64,000 nucleotides of DNA, from positions 270,205 through 334,204 of the forward strand of contig CT868657.1 in NCBI GenBank assembly GCA_000165425.1, written 5' to 3'. The notes under the pieces are model-generated. The model saw only the letters and a list, made by a program, of their open reading frames with translations, had not been told where the DNA came from and did not search any database. Below are positions 25,848-39,499 of the stretch, in pieces. Each line of letters opens with the position of its first letter. Position 1 is the first letter of the stretch. Origin of the DNA: Paramecium tetraurelia. Taxonomy: Eukaryota. A program made the translations under genes and the position numbers.

Positions 25848-27036
25848 ATGTAATAGAAGCCAGACTACAGAAAGGAATTAGCCGAAACAGCTTAAAAGAT
25901 TTGCACACCAGGAAAAGGAATCTTGGCAGCTGATGAAGTACCAAATTAAATTTAAAGTTTAGTCTTAAGGAACAATCGGAAAGAAGTTCGTCACTATCAA
26001 CGTTGAAAACAACGAAGAGAACAGAAGAGCCTACAGAGAATTGTTATTCACTGCTCCAGGCGTTGAAAATTACATCAGTGGTGTCATCCTCTTCTCCGAG
26101 ACTGTATTACATATTATTAATGACTTCCCATAGGTTAAACACGCTACCAAAGATGGAAAGAACTTCGTCTAATTGCTTTAAGAGAAAGGCATCGTGGCAG
26201 GAATCAAAGTCGATAAGGGTTTGGGTGTACTTCCAGGAACACAAGATGAATCAGCAACTCTTGGATTAGACTCCTTGGCTAGTATGGCTGCTGAACACTA
26301 CAAACTTGGTTGCAGATTTGCCAAATGGAGAGCAGTCTTGAAAATTGGCAATGGCTTACCATCACAATAAGCCATCCAAGAAAATGCATGGGGATTGGCC
26401 AGATATGCAGCAATCTGCTAAGAAAATGGTCTTGTCCCAATTGTCGAACCAGAAATCTTGGCCGATGGAGACCACTCAATCGAAGTCTGCTAAAAGGTCA
26501 CCGAAAAAGTTTTGGCTGCCGTATTCAAGGCATTGAATGAAAACAACATCTTCTTAGAGGGATGTCTCCTTAAACCCAATATGGTTACACCAGGATCAAC
26601 CAATGCAGACAGAAGCAAAGTCACACCATAAGAAATTGGATACAGAACAGCTTTGGCCTTGAGCAGAACAGTTCCACCTGCTCTTGTCGGAGTCACAGTA
26701 ATTAAAACCTATTAATTGTGTTTAGTTCCTTTCAGGAGGACAATCTGAGGAAGAAGCTTCTTTGAATTTGAATGCTATGAATTAATTGACCACAGTCAGA
26801 AAACCATGGGCTTTGACTTTCTCTTATGGCAGAGCACTCCAAAACACTGCAGTGAAGACATGGGCTGGCAAATAAGAAAATTGGGAAATTGCTTAATAAG
26901 CATTATTGACCAGAGCCAAGGCTAACAGCGAAGCTTAATTAGGACCTTAGTTTATATTATAAAAATAGGAAAATATCAAGGTGGATAAGGCGGAGCATCC
27001 AACGAATCCTTGTTTGTGGCTGATTACAAATATTGA
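25848..27036 (+). CDS. FBA: Fructose-bisphosphate aldolase class I
   Basis: [61 protein letters not shown]-terminal Tyr; 4 introns. Confidence 0.98.
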
Positions 27037-27216
27037 GTATCATGAAATATCATAAAATAAAACATAATCATCATTATTCTTACTCGAATCAAAAGTAAAC
27101 ACGTATTATAATTAGAATTAAAAATAGTTTTTTATTATGTTACGCATATTATTCTAATGATGCGTATAATTTTTGTACTTTATGAAGGTAATCGTAATTT
27201 GTATCCTAATTATTTA

Positions 27217-28520
27217 ATGTAAAAGCTCTAGTTGCTCTAGAATCAGTTCAACCCAACCTCTGACGACATCTTCTTCCACATCGTTCAAGCACCTCCTGAT
27301 CCTATTTTTGGAATTGCCAATGCATACAAGGCAGACACATCCAATACCAAAATCGATTTGGGAGTCGGTGCTTATCGTACAGACGAAGAGAAGCCCTACG
27401 TCTTTGAAATTATCAAGAAATTAGAGAAGGAAGTAGTTAACGATCCAACATTAAACAAAGTACGATCTATTAATATTCTAGGAATATTTACCAATTGAAG
27501 GTTTGGCTGATTTCAATAAGGGATGTCAAAAGCTCATGTTCGGATAAAACAGTCCTTTGATCGCCTCTGGATAAATTGTCACAGCTCAATGTTTGGGAGG
27601 CACAGGAGCACTCAGAGTTGGTTTTGAGTTTGTTAAGAGACACATTCCAGGTGATGTCTACGTGTCTAAACCTACTTGGAGCAATCACAATCAAGTCATC
27701 GAAAGAGCTGGTTTGAATCAATCCGAATATCCATATTTCGATCCAAAAACCAAAGGTTTCAATTGTGCAGGAACTATTGAATGCTTATCACAAGCCAGAA
27801 TGGGATCAATTGTCTTATTACACGTTTGTGCTCATAACCCAACAGGTGTTGATCCAACAGAAGCTGAATGGCTCTAAATAGCTGATGTTTGCAAGAAAAG
27901 AAGATTAGTTCCATTCTTTGATTGTGCTTATTAAGGATTTGCAAGTGGATGCATTGAAAAGGATGTTTTTGCCGTCCGCAAATTTGCTGAACTTGGATTC
28001 TAAATGATTGTCGCTCAATCATTCTCCAAAAATATGGGATTATACAATGAAAGAGTAGGAGCTGTACATATTGTTACATCCAACAAAGACATCTCTGCAA
28101 GAGTTTTAAGCAACCTCAAAATTGTCATTAGAACCATTTGTTCTAATCCACCTGCAATTGGTGCTAGAATCGCTGCTAAAATTTTAACTGACGAGAAGAA
28201 TTTCAATGCTTGGGTTGAAGAATTGAAGACTGTCACTGGAAGAATCATTAAAATGAGAACTCTTCTCAAATAAGAGTTAGACAACCTTAAAGTACCAGGA
28301 AATTGGGATCACATCACCAGACAAACAGGTTTCTTCACATTTACTGGTCTCACTCCAGAATAATGCGATTTATTGACAAAGCAATATCACGTGTATTTGC
28401 TCAGATCTGGAAGAATGTCAATGGTATTATTTTATATTTATGAATTAATAGGCTGGAATCACATCCAAAAATGTTAGATATTTGGCAGAGTCAATTAAAG
28501 CTGTTGTATAAAACAAATGA
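27217..28520 (+). CDS. GOT1: Aspartate aminotransferase (cytosolic-type)
   Basis: APPDPIFG, DLGVGAYR, GGTGALR, HVCAHNPTGVD, FDCAYQGFASG, QSFSKNMGLYNERVG, GRMSMAG. Confidence 0.97.
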
Positions 28521-28557
28521 GATTTATTAATAAATTATTAAATAATCTATTATCATT

Positions 28558-28629
28558 GAAGGCTTAGCTCAGGGGTAGAGCGTTGGATTCCAGGTCCAGG
28601 GGTCGCGCGTTCAATTCGCGTAGTCTTCA
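28558..28629 (+). tRNA. trnW-CCA: tRNA-Trp (anticodon CCA)
   Basis: Acceptor GAAGGCT/AGTCTTC, D arm GCTC/GAGC, anticodon arm TTGGA-TTCCAGG-TCCAG, T arm GCGCG-TTCAATT-CGCGT. Confidence 0.95.
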
Positions 28630-28631
28630 GA

Positions 28632-28639
28632 TTTTTTTT
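28632..28639 (+). terminator. Pol III oligo-T terminator of the tRNA gene
   Basis: T-run immediately after the discriminator base. Confidence 0.7.
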
Positions 28640-29100
28640 ATTTTCAATAATAAATAATAAATAAATTTTTAAATTGAATCCTAATATGAGGGCAATGAAA
28701 GAATTTTAAGAAATTAGATTTTATTCTTAAATAAATTTATGAATGAAAGAATATTTTTTTAAGGAAACACACTTGGATTACAAAGAATCTTTACACTCTT
28801 AACAATATTACATTATTTTCCTATAATTCTTATGGGTCCTCTCTTCTTATTGTAGGAGTAATTAAAATAAACATTAACTACTACATATAATTTAGCCTTA
28901 AGATTTTATGCCAATTTGTCTCAACGACGTAATATCAGATTCATAATTTGACGATTTTACAGAGATATCCTAATTAACGGGATTAATCTCATTTATAATT
29001 TAAAGATCTTTAATATATTTTTATAGTTATATTGCACTGATATAAATTATTATTTTCATCTTAAAAGACATATTAAATTATAAATTATTCGAATAAATAT

Positions 29101-32100
29101 ATGACAAGCAACTTAGAAATCTTATAAACATTTTCAGGAAAGTATAAATAGTCATTTTTTAAGTAATTATTTGCTTTTTCCTTAGTACTGTTTACCAAAT
29201 GATTTGCCAAAATAATTAATCTCTGTAGATTAGTATTATACTTGCTGCAGTCTAGTTTTTGTAATTGCTTTATTTCCCGTTTCAATCACAAATCAAATAT
29301 GCTTGGTATAATCATAAACTTTCATCGTAAATCTAAGAATTTCTATCATATTTTACAATAATAAGAATGCTGATTAATTAGAGCACATCTTTATATTTAA
29401 TGGTGATGTACTTTATAATTAGTATTATACTGCTTACGACATTGCTTATCATTATATTAACAATTTAGAAAAGTCTATATAATCAAAAAGTTATTATTTT
29501 ATTTCTTGCTAAATCAATACAATTTATAATGAGTATTGGATTTGCTGAAATTTTAAGAATACTTTTGGGAGTAAAAATTATATATAATAAAATATCTAGT
29601 ATTTACTCTGCTAACCTGATTAAAATGGGATTCTAAAAATGGTATATCTTGTTGATTAAGAATGCTGGGTAGGGGACTATTATTATCATGCAATTTTCGT
29701 GATTATATCACTTTTGCTCTTTATATTTTTTGTTATAATTTGCAGCAAACTATTCATCGAGTTAAGAAACAATAAGAAAAATACATTTTCGTAGAGGGAA
29801 GGTATTTCCTATTCATACCTATTTATTTATATAATATTTTCAATGGCATCATATTCTTTATTTCAACTACCGAAATATTCTATTTGTGTAATAGCTATTT
29901 AAAATATTACAAGCTTTATATTCTTCTACAGAATGTACTACAAACACCCTTTTTATAATTAAACTGTTTAAAAAATTTGGATATCGATAAGTGGATTGGT
30001 ATTCCATACCAACTTGATGTAATTAATGGCTTTCTTATTTAATCATTTGATTGTGTAAAATTCTATGTTAGGTTGGTTAATCACTTGTCCAATGGCAATC
30101 GTGATTTTTTTAGGAAGACAAAATCATTAAATTGATCTCATAAAAATTAATTTAGCAAGATATTAGTCAACAGAAAATATTGTAAAAGATTGTGAATACT
30201 TAGTAGAATTAGCAGATTCATATGAAAAAGATCAAACGAAGGAGATTTAAGTATTGGGGTTTTTGGAGATGCATGAATCAACTTGTTTACAAGCAAATTG
30301 TGCTATTAAGATTAATAAAAATTTGGCTATGAAATTTTAAGAAAATCCTAAATATACTGATGAAAGATTAATTTTTAAGGAACTTATAAACTAACTTTAT
30401 TAAAATGGAATAAATAAATATCCTTAAAGCATTGATCTTAGAATACATTACAGCTATTTCCTTTACGATCATTTGGCAGATGGATAAAAAGCCTTACACG
30501 AATTAGTCAAAGCAGAACAATTAAATCCTGATTTTGGATAACAATTTTAGATTTTTTCAATGAAAAAAATTTTAGAAGACTCATTCTCGAAGACTTTTTT
30601 TGGTGTCAATACTCTTGAATATTCAGTTTCAATTGATCGAAATATCTAATTTCAACAAAGTCAGCTTAAATAAAGGATTCTAGAAGGCTCCTATCAAATG
30701 CTGTAATTTTGGAATTAACTATTAGAGGAAATTCCAAATTTAACCGTTTTATCAATTCTTGGAAGAAAAGTATTAGGATCGATTCAATAGATCAGAAAAT
30801 AAATTACTCTAATGTAGAAAACAAACACATTTAATTAATCTACTAAAAAGCTCATATGCAAATTCAGCGATTATGTCTTCTATATGTCAGATACTATGAA
30901 GTTTGCTAAAATCAATATTAATTATCAAAGTGATGAAGTTAACTACTAATCTAAATTCCTGGATTAAAATAATTTATTAGGTTCTTAAGACTTGAGTTCA
31001 TATTCATAACCTGTAATTGTGTTGGAACTATTTAGCAATAATAATTAAAATTCTATTGTAAAAAATATAAATTAAGCTACTTGTTCATTGCTAGGATTTT
31101 CTCGGACTGATATAATAGGGCATTCAATCTGTCAATTATTCTAATCTAAGTATATTGCATAATATTATAAGCTATTCAAAGCTACATCAATATGTTGTGC
31201 AAAGATATTTTACCTCGGATTCGTAAGTGTAATTATCTATCTTACCACAGAGATATTAATTCTTCAAAACTAAGTCTTAATATGTCATATTAGCTCAAAG
31301 TGCCAGTTCCATCCTTTAGACAGAAAAAGGAGTCTTTCAATTTTTGAGACTTACAACAGATGTTAATTATCGCAATTATGCTTATATTATTTTTAACGGA
31401 GATGGAAAAATAGAAAATATATCAGCTTCATGCATCTCAATTTTGAAGTTGGATATTCGTAAACTTTAATTAAAATAATTAAATATAGAGCAACTATTTC
31501 CAAATTTATTATCGAATAAGGAAACATATTTCAATAAAATGAATAAAATTGTGTATGAGTATCATAAATCCAAAGTGAAAAGTTTGAATTTTGTTGTATA
31601 TGAAAAAGAAAAGCGAAAATAAATTGGATTTATGGTGTAATTATTTGAGATATCAGACAAAAATTTATATAACAAAAAAGAGGAAAAATAATAAATATTT
31701 GGATACTATCTAAAAATAGAATAAATAGAGCATAAGCTAGTAAATAATTCTCCTAAAATAAAAACAAAATAAACAACAAAAGAATTTACATATTCTATTG
31801 AATAACGTGCTTTCATTTGTAATACTTTATCATAAATTTAGATGGAAATGCTAATTCATTACAGGATTCTGTCAAAGAAGATAATGAAATTTAAGTGGTG
31901 TCTAAATAGAAAACAATATTTTAACCAAAAAAATTAAGTAAGAAACAAAACTCATCCTTGAAGTAAGATCAAAATTAAATGTCCTATGGTTTTGACATTA
32001 AAACGTTAAGATTGTTTTAAGGAAAGATTTAAGAGATAATAGATCCAAACTAAGAAGAGGATGATGATGATAATGTTAAGGATAATACAGAACACTCTAA

Positions 32101-34051
32101 AACAGAAATTATTATTGATAAGAATTAATCTAATTAGATCAACACTTAAAATGATTTAAGTTTATACCTGTAGAACATACCCTATCCTACATTTTTGAGA
32201 AGATTAGTTCTCTTAAATAATATTTTACTACTTGTTTTATTTGCAATATCATGTATAATGTATTCAACCTTATATGTCACTTTTTTAAAATTCAAAAATG
32301 CTGTTGAACTTGGTGCTGCAAGTAACTAACGCTTTTCTTCTCTGATGAAGATTCAGTCGAACCTCTAGGATTTGAGAGGTTGCAATTTGAATATTGAAGC
32401 GTTAGAATAGTAAAAGATAGGAGATGAATTTATTAATATCAATTTTTTGGAGTTAAAAAATGAATTGAATTTACTTCTTGAATAAAACAATCTTTTAACC
32501 TCTTCAGATTTAACAATTAACTAGAATTATTAAACATACATTTCTGAATTTGAAGAACCCTAAATTTAAATGTTCTCAGTAGATAATAGTTATCAGAATT
32601 TTACTTATTCCTAAGCAGTTCAATAATTAATAGCTAGAGCTATAACATTAAATAATAGCGAATTATCAAAATTCATTGACAATAATGAAGATTTTCATTA
32701 TTTCGTGCATAATACATTCAATTCTATTGCAAAATATGAATATGTTTCTTAAAACTACTACTTTTCAAATATTTATAGTTTATTAGATGATTTAAAAACA
32801 TTTGAAGATGTATTTTTTATTCTTTCATCCTCTTGTGTGCTTTTAATATTTTTCTTTTGTCAATTTTACCTTCATTCTCATTAATCCTATATGAGGAATA
32901 TAATTTCGGCCTTTTTAGAAATAAAGGAGCAGTCCTTAAAATAGATTGTTAGCAAAATTCGAAATTTCCTCTAGATGCTTCAAACAACTGATGATGATGA
33001 TGTATACATTTAATATATTTAGGTGGATTAATTTGATTTGGAATAAAATGAAAATTAAGAAGAACAAGAACTAGAAGAATTAACCAAAAATAGTAAGAAG
33101 AGAAAATTTAAGTACTCGTCAGAAAGTGAAAATAAGATTTAAATTCGAATAATTTTTGTTTCGTTGTTATTTTACTCTTACTTTTGTTATTTGTACTTTA
33201 GTTCTACAGTAAGTAATAATTATTAATTTTAGACAATCATCTCTTATTCAAACTTACTGATTCCGCTTGTTAATATTACATCTTATATTCCATCATAATA
33301 TCGTTTGATTGATAACTCCATAAAGGAGATGCTATATGATTCCGAAGCTATGATTATGAATGAATTAAATTCCATAGATAAGATGAATTACTTAATTGAT
33401 GAAATTTAAGCATTGGATGCAGAATTGCATATTTTGAATTAAAAAAATGAGCATATTTTATCTGCAGAGTATATTCAACTGTTCAATGAAATTTATATAT
33501 TAAGTCCATGCACGATCATTATAGAATACGATTAATCAGTTACTAATGCATCCTGCTTATCCTTTAATGAGAATATTCTAAAGGATGGATTAGCAGTTGC
33601 AATTTCAAGTTTTTTTGAAAACGCCTGCAAAATGGTGTAGGAGTACTACTACTATGACCCAAACGCCATATATTCTAACTTAACCTATAATCTCAGCTCA
33701 AATCATAAGAAAAACTTTACCTACAACATTCTAAATACTAGAGACAGCAATGATAATAGATAAATGCAAAAAGTTTTCATAAGAATATGTCATTTATAAT
33801 TGATGAAAGAATTATTAAATTAGTTAAATAACTATTTTTCCTTTTTGGCATTTCAATTGACCTTATTATTCATGATATTTTGCATAATTGCTGTGTTTAC
33901 ACACTTTTTGATTTGGATCCCTATTTTAGCCAATTTTTATTAGGAAGCATAAAAAAATCTAGAAACTTTAACTATCATACCAGTTGAGGATTTAAATAAA
34001 TGTGTATAAATATAAGAGCATTTGAAAAATTTGAAAGAGCTCAATTAATGA
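29101..34051 (+). CDS. Large TmcB-like multi-pass membrane protein with PAS domain
   Basis: N-terminal TM block (VQFLQLLYFPF), TPR-like region (YPQSIDLRIHYSYFL), PAS-like NINQATCSLLGFSRTDIIGHSICQLF, C-terminal TMs; tiny introns; TGA 34049-34051. Confidence 0.8.
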
Positions 34052-34229
34052 TAAATTAAAAATTATTTATTTTCAAAATTATAAATCAAGACATCAATTT
34101 CTGTAATTAAATTTATATTATAGGAATAGATTTATTTCCTTCAATTTGTAAAATAAAATATCTGAAAATTTTGAATGATTTGTTGTAAGAAAAAGCAATA
34201 TTTTAAGAAAGTTTATCAATTATACTATA

Positions 34230-35570
34230 ATTTTAAAAGTTTATTTCTGTGGAACTCAAAAGTGGCAAAAATACAAGGGTGTAATATGTGAGAAATTTAG
34301 AATTCTAAAAAGTCATATTGTTGCTAGTGAGATTTTAACTCAATGTTAGATCTTATAATAGGGATAAGAAATTGTAAAATTCTATGTTTACAACAATAAC
34401 TCAACAATACTACAATTTAACCAAATTTAATGGAGCATATAAGAAATAAATTCAAATTTGAAGAATTTAAGAGTTTATACTCCATGTTTTATTTTGGAGC
34501 CAAATAATATCATTTAGAGTTTATTTAGTCACTCAAAAAATTAAGAACTTCATAGAATGTAATATTTTTATGATAATGTTATCTAAGAATAATCACTTTG
34601 ATCTTTCATTTTTTATAAAGCCTTTTGGAGATTTTGAAAGAAACCATAAGATTATTGATTTTATAGAAGGAACTGGTATTTTTTATACTCAATAGCCACA
34701 AAAATGACTTTCGCTGATGTAATACTGGGAAATAAAGAGTATTTGGTGACAATACTCTAATAAATCCTCACTAGTCTTGAATATAACAATAGTATGCATA
34801 GGGATTTATAAAACAATGTATTCTCCGAGTAAAGCAAATTAAAATTCTTTAAAATTGTTGACTTTGAGTATGCTACCTCTTAAAGTGTTAACAAACAATT
34901 AGGTTAATTGTACATTTGATATTATTTCCAGAATGTGGAAAGCCTATTTATGTCGGTCTTTAAACTTCTAATTTAATTTATTAATCCGAAATATGTTAAA
35001 ATTTTGTGATATGTAAGGTATAGGTATGACCTTTTAAATTATAAATTACCAATATTACCGGACGACTAACTGGTAGATACCTTCTTTCTGATGTTACATT
35101 TAGTTTAGTATTATCACTAAACAAGCAATCCAAAATTGATCTAACTCCTTTATAAATATAAAAATTGAAAAAAAAAGTGACATTTAGTTGATTCAAAACT
35201 TTTTCAACAAAGCCTTAAAAAAGGATTTCCTTTGGTTGGTGTTTAAATGAGTAGTTCTTTTTATAATCGCTGTCTTTAAACTAAGAACAAAAAATTTAGT
35301 AAACTACTGCTCAGACCAAAATTTTCTTCTTTGTTTGGAAAAATTTAAGTCTACAGAATTTTATGCTAGTTCTCTTCGGTAAATTAGATGAGATAGAGAG
35401 AGAGAAATGAACTCATATCTAAATTGAATTGCTATAAATAGTAGAGGAAATAGATTTCTTAGAATTCTAATTCAGCCCTTTAGTGTTTAGTTATAATATT
35501 AAGAAAAATAACTCTATAAATAAAAACTTATTTTCATGAGGAGGAAGCTAAGGTGACACTAACTCTTAAT
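34230..35570 (+). pseudogene. Decayed Ser/Thr kinase pseudogene
   Basis: Relics in order: FRVYLV, MHRDLQNN, KIVDFEYAT, ECGKPIYVG, RLTGRYL...VLSLNKQSKIDL, KPQKRIS; frameshifts and TGA stops; DFG and APE motifs destroyed. Confidence 0.75.
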
Positions 35571-37971
35571 CTTCTATTTAAAATTGGATTTCTGTATGCA
35601 TTGTAAGGAGTATCTATAGAAATTCTCTTTTTCAGAATTTCTTCTGGGAAAGGAGAAGTTCTCAATTTTTTTACCATTTAACCAAGTTCCCCTTCTTTTT
35701 ATTGATTATCTTTTCTTTATTTCATGTTACTCATGCAAATTCCCATTTAAACTTTATTTAATATTTAATTGAAGGTTAACGAAAAAAATATTTGAAAGAA
35801 ATACCAAATAAACGCAGTTCTTAAGTTAATCCTATTAATTAAACTAACTCTAAACTTCAAAACTAAGATCAAACTAAACATCTATTTAGAAAATCACTTT
35901 AATAGAAGTTAATTTACAGTACTATTTTAAATAAAAATAGTCAAACATTTATAACAAAAAAAGTAAAATTAAATTAATGCTGTCTTCTTCCATTAAGTAA
36001 ATTCTATAACTTTCTATTATTGATTAAAGGGATGGGAAGGTAATACAGAATTTCAAAATTAGGAATTCCTCATAGTGAACCGTTTGTGTAATAATTCATA
36101 AATTTTTTCCCTTAATAGTATATATATTTTAGACAAATACTTAATCTCATGAACGAATTTAAAATTAAGTAAAATATCAATTTTTTTGGAGTAGATTGCT
36201 CTCTCAATAATGTATTTAAATTGGAATATATATATATTATAAATATGGAATAAGAATCTTAGTTCTTGATTATGTTTATTTGAGATTTTTGGATTTGTTG
36301 GCTTTGATGAGTAATATAGATATAATATTTTTCCTTATTTTAGTAGTTAATTGCAAACAATTATAAATATTTAATTTTATATGATTCTCCAAATAGTGTA
36401 GGTAGACTAAAAATCATAAATTCTCATAGAGCTAATACTTAATACATAACTTGAAATTTATGAAATTATGTTCAACATATAAGGCTTATAAATCAATTCA
36501 TAGTACAATAACAATATCATTCTGATTGAGTCTATGGATTAGGGGAGGGAGGCATTTCTTTTAATCTTCGACTGAGAATTGGATTTTTAAAAGGATTTAA
36601 ATATGACGATTAACTTGCTCTTTGCTTCAAGATTACACTGCAGTCTTATGATAGTCTAACTTGAGCTACTACTTATTATAATTCTCCATTATTTCTTGAT
36701 TTTTTCTATTTCTAAGAAGCACAGGTTCCCATATAAAATATTTATATTAAAGAAGATTTTTCAAACTTTTATATATATTGGTATTAAATTTTACTTTTTA
36801 TTCATTCAGACTCTGAAGTTACATGATATAAAATATTCAATAATTTTTATTAATAATTATTACTTTTACATTAGGCAAAACATTTAAAGGGAGAATACTT
36901 TATTTTTAAATTGCTTGCTTATAAAATATGGATGGTGATTTAAGAGAAACTTTCTCTATTCCCTTGTGGTTTCATTTTGAATAAACAATATTAGAATCTT
37001 TGTTACTACTTTTGAAAATTGCTCTATAAATTATTAGTGTTACTTTATGAATTGAAAAAAATGATATTTAATTAAATCAAAAGAAGATTAGATTCTTTCT
37101 ATTATTAATTTTAATACTAGATGGTTGTGTTTTAAGGGAGAAAAAGATCTCAACTTTTTAAAATATATTATTTCCTGACTATAAAGGTTAATCAAGCTGC
37201 TGATTTTCATCACAATCAATTCTCATTTCTTTCTAATTCATTCATTGGATTAGATTAAGTTATAAAAATATATGTGATCAAATTATTGAAAATATATATT
37301 TCAACAATCACAGTCATTCATTAAGGTCAGAATACAATCTAAAACTTATTATATATAGCCATATTATATATTGGTTTTATAATAGCATCATATTATAACC
37401 AGTTTAGACGTATCATTATGTTTTTGTTGATTAATCATCACTATAAATTCCTCTATTATGTGTTGCATCCTATCAACATCGATCTCACTTGTCTTTATTT
37501 TAGTCAAGCTAGTAGTCTCCAAAACCCTTTTTACAAACGCTACCACTTTTGAAAACATGATTCTTCCTAAAATTGATAAATCTATTTTCTAATTGTTATA
37601 GATAAAATTTTGCCAAACAGATTCTCCTATTCCTACAAATTCAATATTGGGTATAATTTTTAATGCTACGAAATTTTATGATTCTAAAGTGCCTCTTCTC
37701 TAACTTTTCAAGATTTCATACAATTCCGCAATTTTAATAAAATAAACAATTAATGTTATAACTTCCCTGAACCATACCACTTTTAGTAATTCTACCTTCT
37801 ATCTAGCCTTCAGACAGACTCAAAGAGAAGCAAGCAATTTTAGACTCATAAAACAATTTTCCGAATTAAAGTTTCTATTGATAACTAAGAAGCTTTTTTG
37901 ATTAATTTATACCTTTCTATATAATTAAAACTAAATGTTCTGCGAAAATTCATATTCCATTGCACGAGAAT

Positions 37972-39499
37972 TAGTAAATTTAAAGTATTGTGATGTAATT
38001 TCTAAAACCTTGAAAATCTTTTTTTTATTAAATGTTTTTATGTTATATACTTTATTCATTCATTAATAAAATTCTTTAATTTTATGGAAGATTTTAGCAA
38101 TGATGATATCAATTACTTTATTGCAAAGTTAAGTGAAGACTGTTCAAAATCATTTTTTGATAACTATTAAAATGATTCCTAACTTTTGGGAATAAAATGT
38201 ATTTAATTACACGTATCATTTAGTGGATGAATAGTTAATAAAATCTATTAGAGACAAAGAAGAGATGATGAAAAAAATGTTTGATTTACTAAGTATTTGG
38301 ATATGACAAATTTAGATTACATTTTTAAAAAATAGTAAAAAATTCTTACCGATTATGAAGATCTGAAAATTTAAGGTTAGCACAATCTTTTGGTTTTGAA
38401 ATAAGAAATATAATAAAATCAATATTAAATAGAACAATTATAAGTATATTGATTTTAAATTCTAGACTTTGAATGAGGAAAATTAGGAAAAAAATTAGCA
38501 ATTTCTTGACTAGATAGAAGAATTAGAAAATTAGTTACAACAAAAGAAATCTGAAATTTTATAAATCAAAAAAAATGAAGGAAGAATAAGCCAAAATCAT
38601 TAAGTATTTTAATCCAAATTAATTTAAAAGGTTCATGAAATCAAATTTCAAGAACAAAAAGAGTAATTATAGAGTCTCTAAGCTAAAGTACAATAGCTTG
38701 AAAAAAATAACAGTAGGTTTAAAAGCGAAGCATAGCCTCATTTAATNNNNNNNNNNNNNNNNNNNNNNNNNNNNNNNNNNNNNNNNNNNNNNNNNNNNNN
38801 NNNNNNNNNNNNNNNNNNNNNNNNNNNNNNNNNNNNNNNNNNNNNNNNNNNNNNNNNNNNNNNNNNNNNNNNNNNNNNNNNNNNNNNNNNNNNNNNGGAC
38901 CATGAATCTGCCGAAACTGCACATAGATAAAGTAAATATATAAAATAATTTAGTGTAAAAATAATATGATTAACAACTTTATTAAATAAACCTCAATTAA
39001 ATTCTAAATATTTCTGATACTGATTTAATTTTTACCAGAGCAGGAAGCAATGCAAGTGTATCTAAAAAAAAGGATATCCCTATTGAATAAACAGATCAAA
39101 GCTTAAAGACTGCCTATATGTCAGAATAAAACACTTCCGACATATTATAAAAGACTCTCCTTTAAGTAAATGAATCTGAATTATAATTGAAAAAAATTTA
39201 AGATGAGAATTTTAAATTTAAATTAGAAATTGAAGAACAAAAAAAAAATATTGATTTGTTAAATTTTAAAAATAAGGAACTTGAAAATTAAAATAGTAAA
39301 GAGAAAATTGAAATGATTGAACAATTAAAATTATTGGATTAATATAAAATAAAGGTCCTTAAAAGTGAGGAGTAATTGAATCTTATGAACGAAAAAGTAA
39401 ATATTTTGTAAGAAACTGTGGATGAATAGTTTAAGGATATCAAAAATCTCAATGAAAAAAATATTCAATAAATTAAATTAATAGATGATTAACCCAAAA
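37972..39499 (+). repeat. Recent partial duplicate of 42011-44328 (promoter plus 5' part of the coiled-coil gene); probable truncated pseudogene with ATG at 38084
   Basis: 37972-38746 matches 42011-42786 and 38897-39499 matches 43693-44328 at about 98% by eye; introns retained. Confidence 0.92.
38747..38896. other. Assembly gap (150 N)
   Basis: Run of N. Confidence 1.

Noticed and set aside
27141..27166. Inverted repeat TACGCAT...ATGCGTA between aldolase and AspAT
   Set aside because: Only a 7-bp stem; no snoRNA boxes or SECIS core recognisable
28686..29050. Short ATG-initiated frames upstream of the TmcB-like gene
   Set aside because: No consistent exon structure or recognisable motifs
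37972..39499. Transposon or IES interpretation of the repeat
   Set aside because: No terminal inverted repeats, no transposase, no clear TAYAG-type ends; the content is host gene sequence with introns
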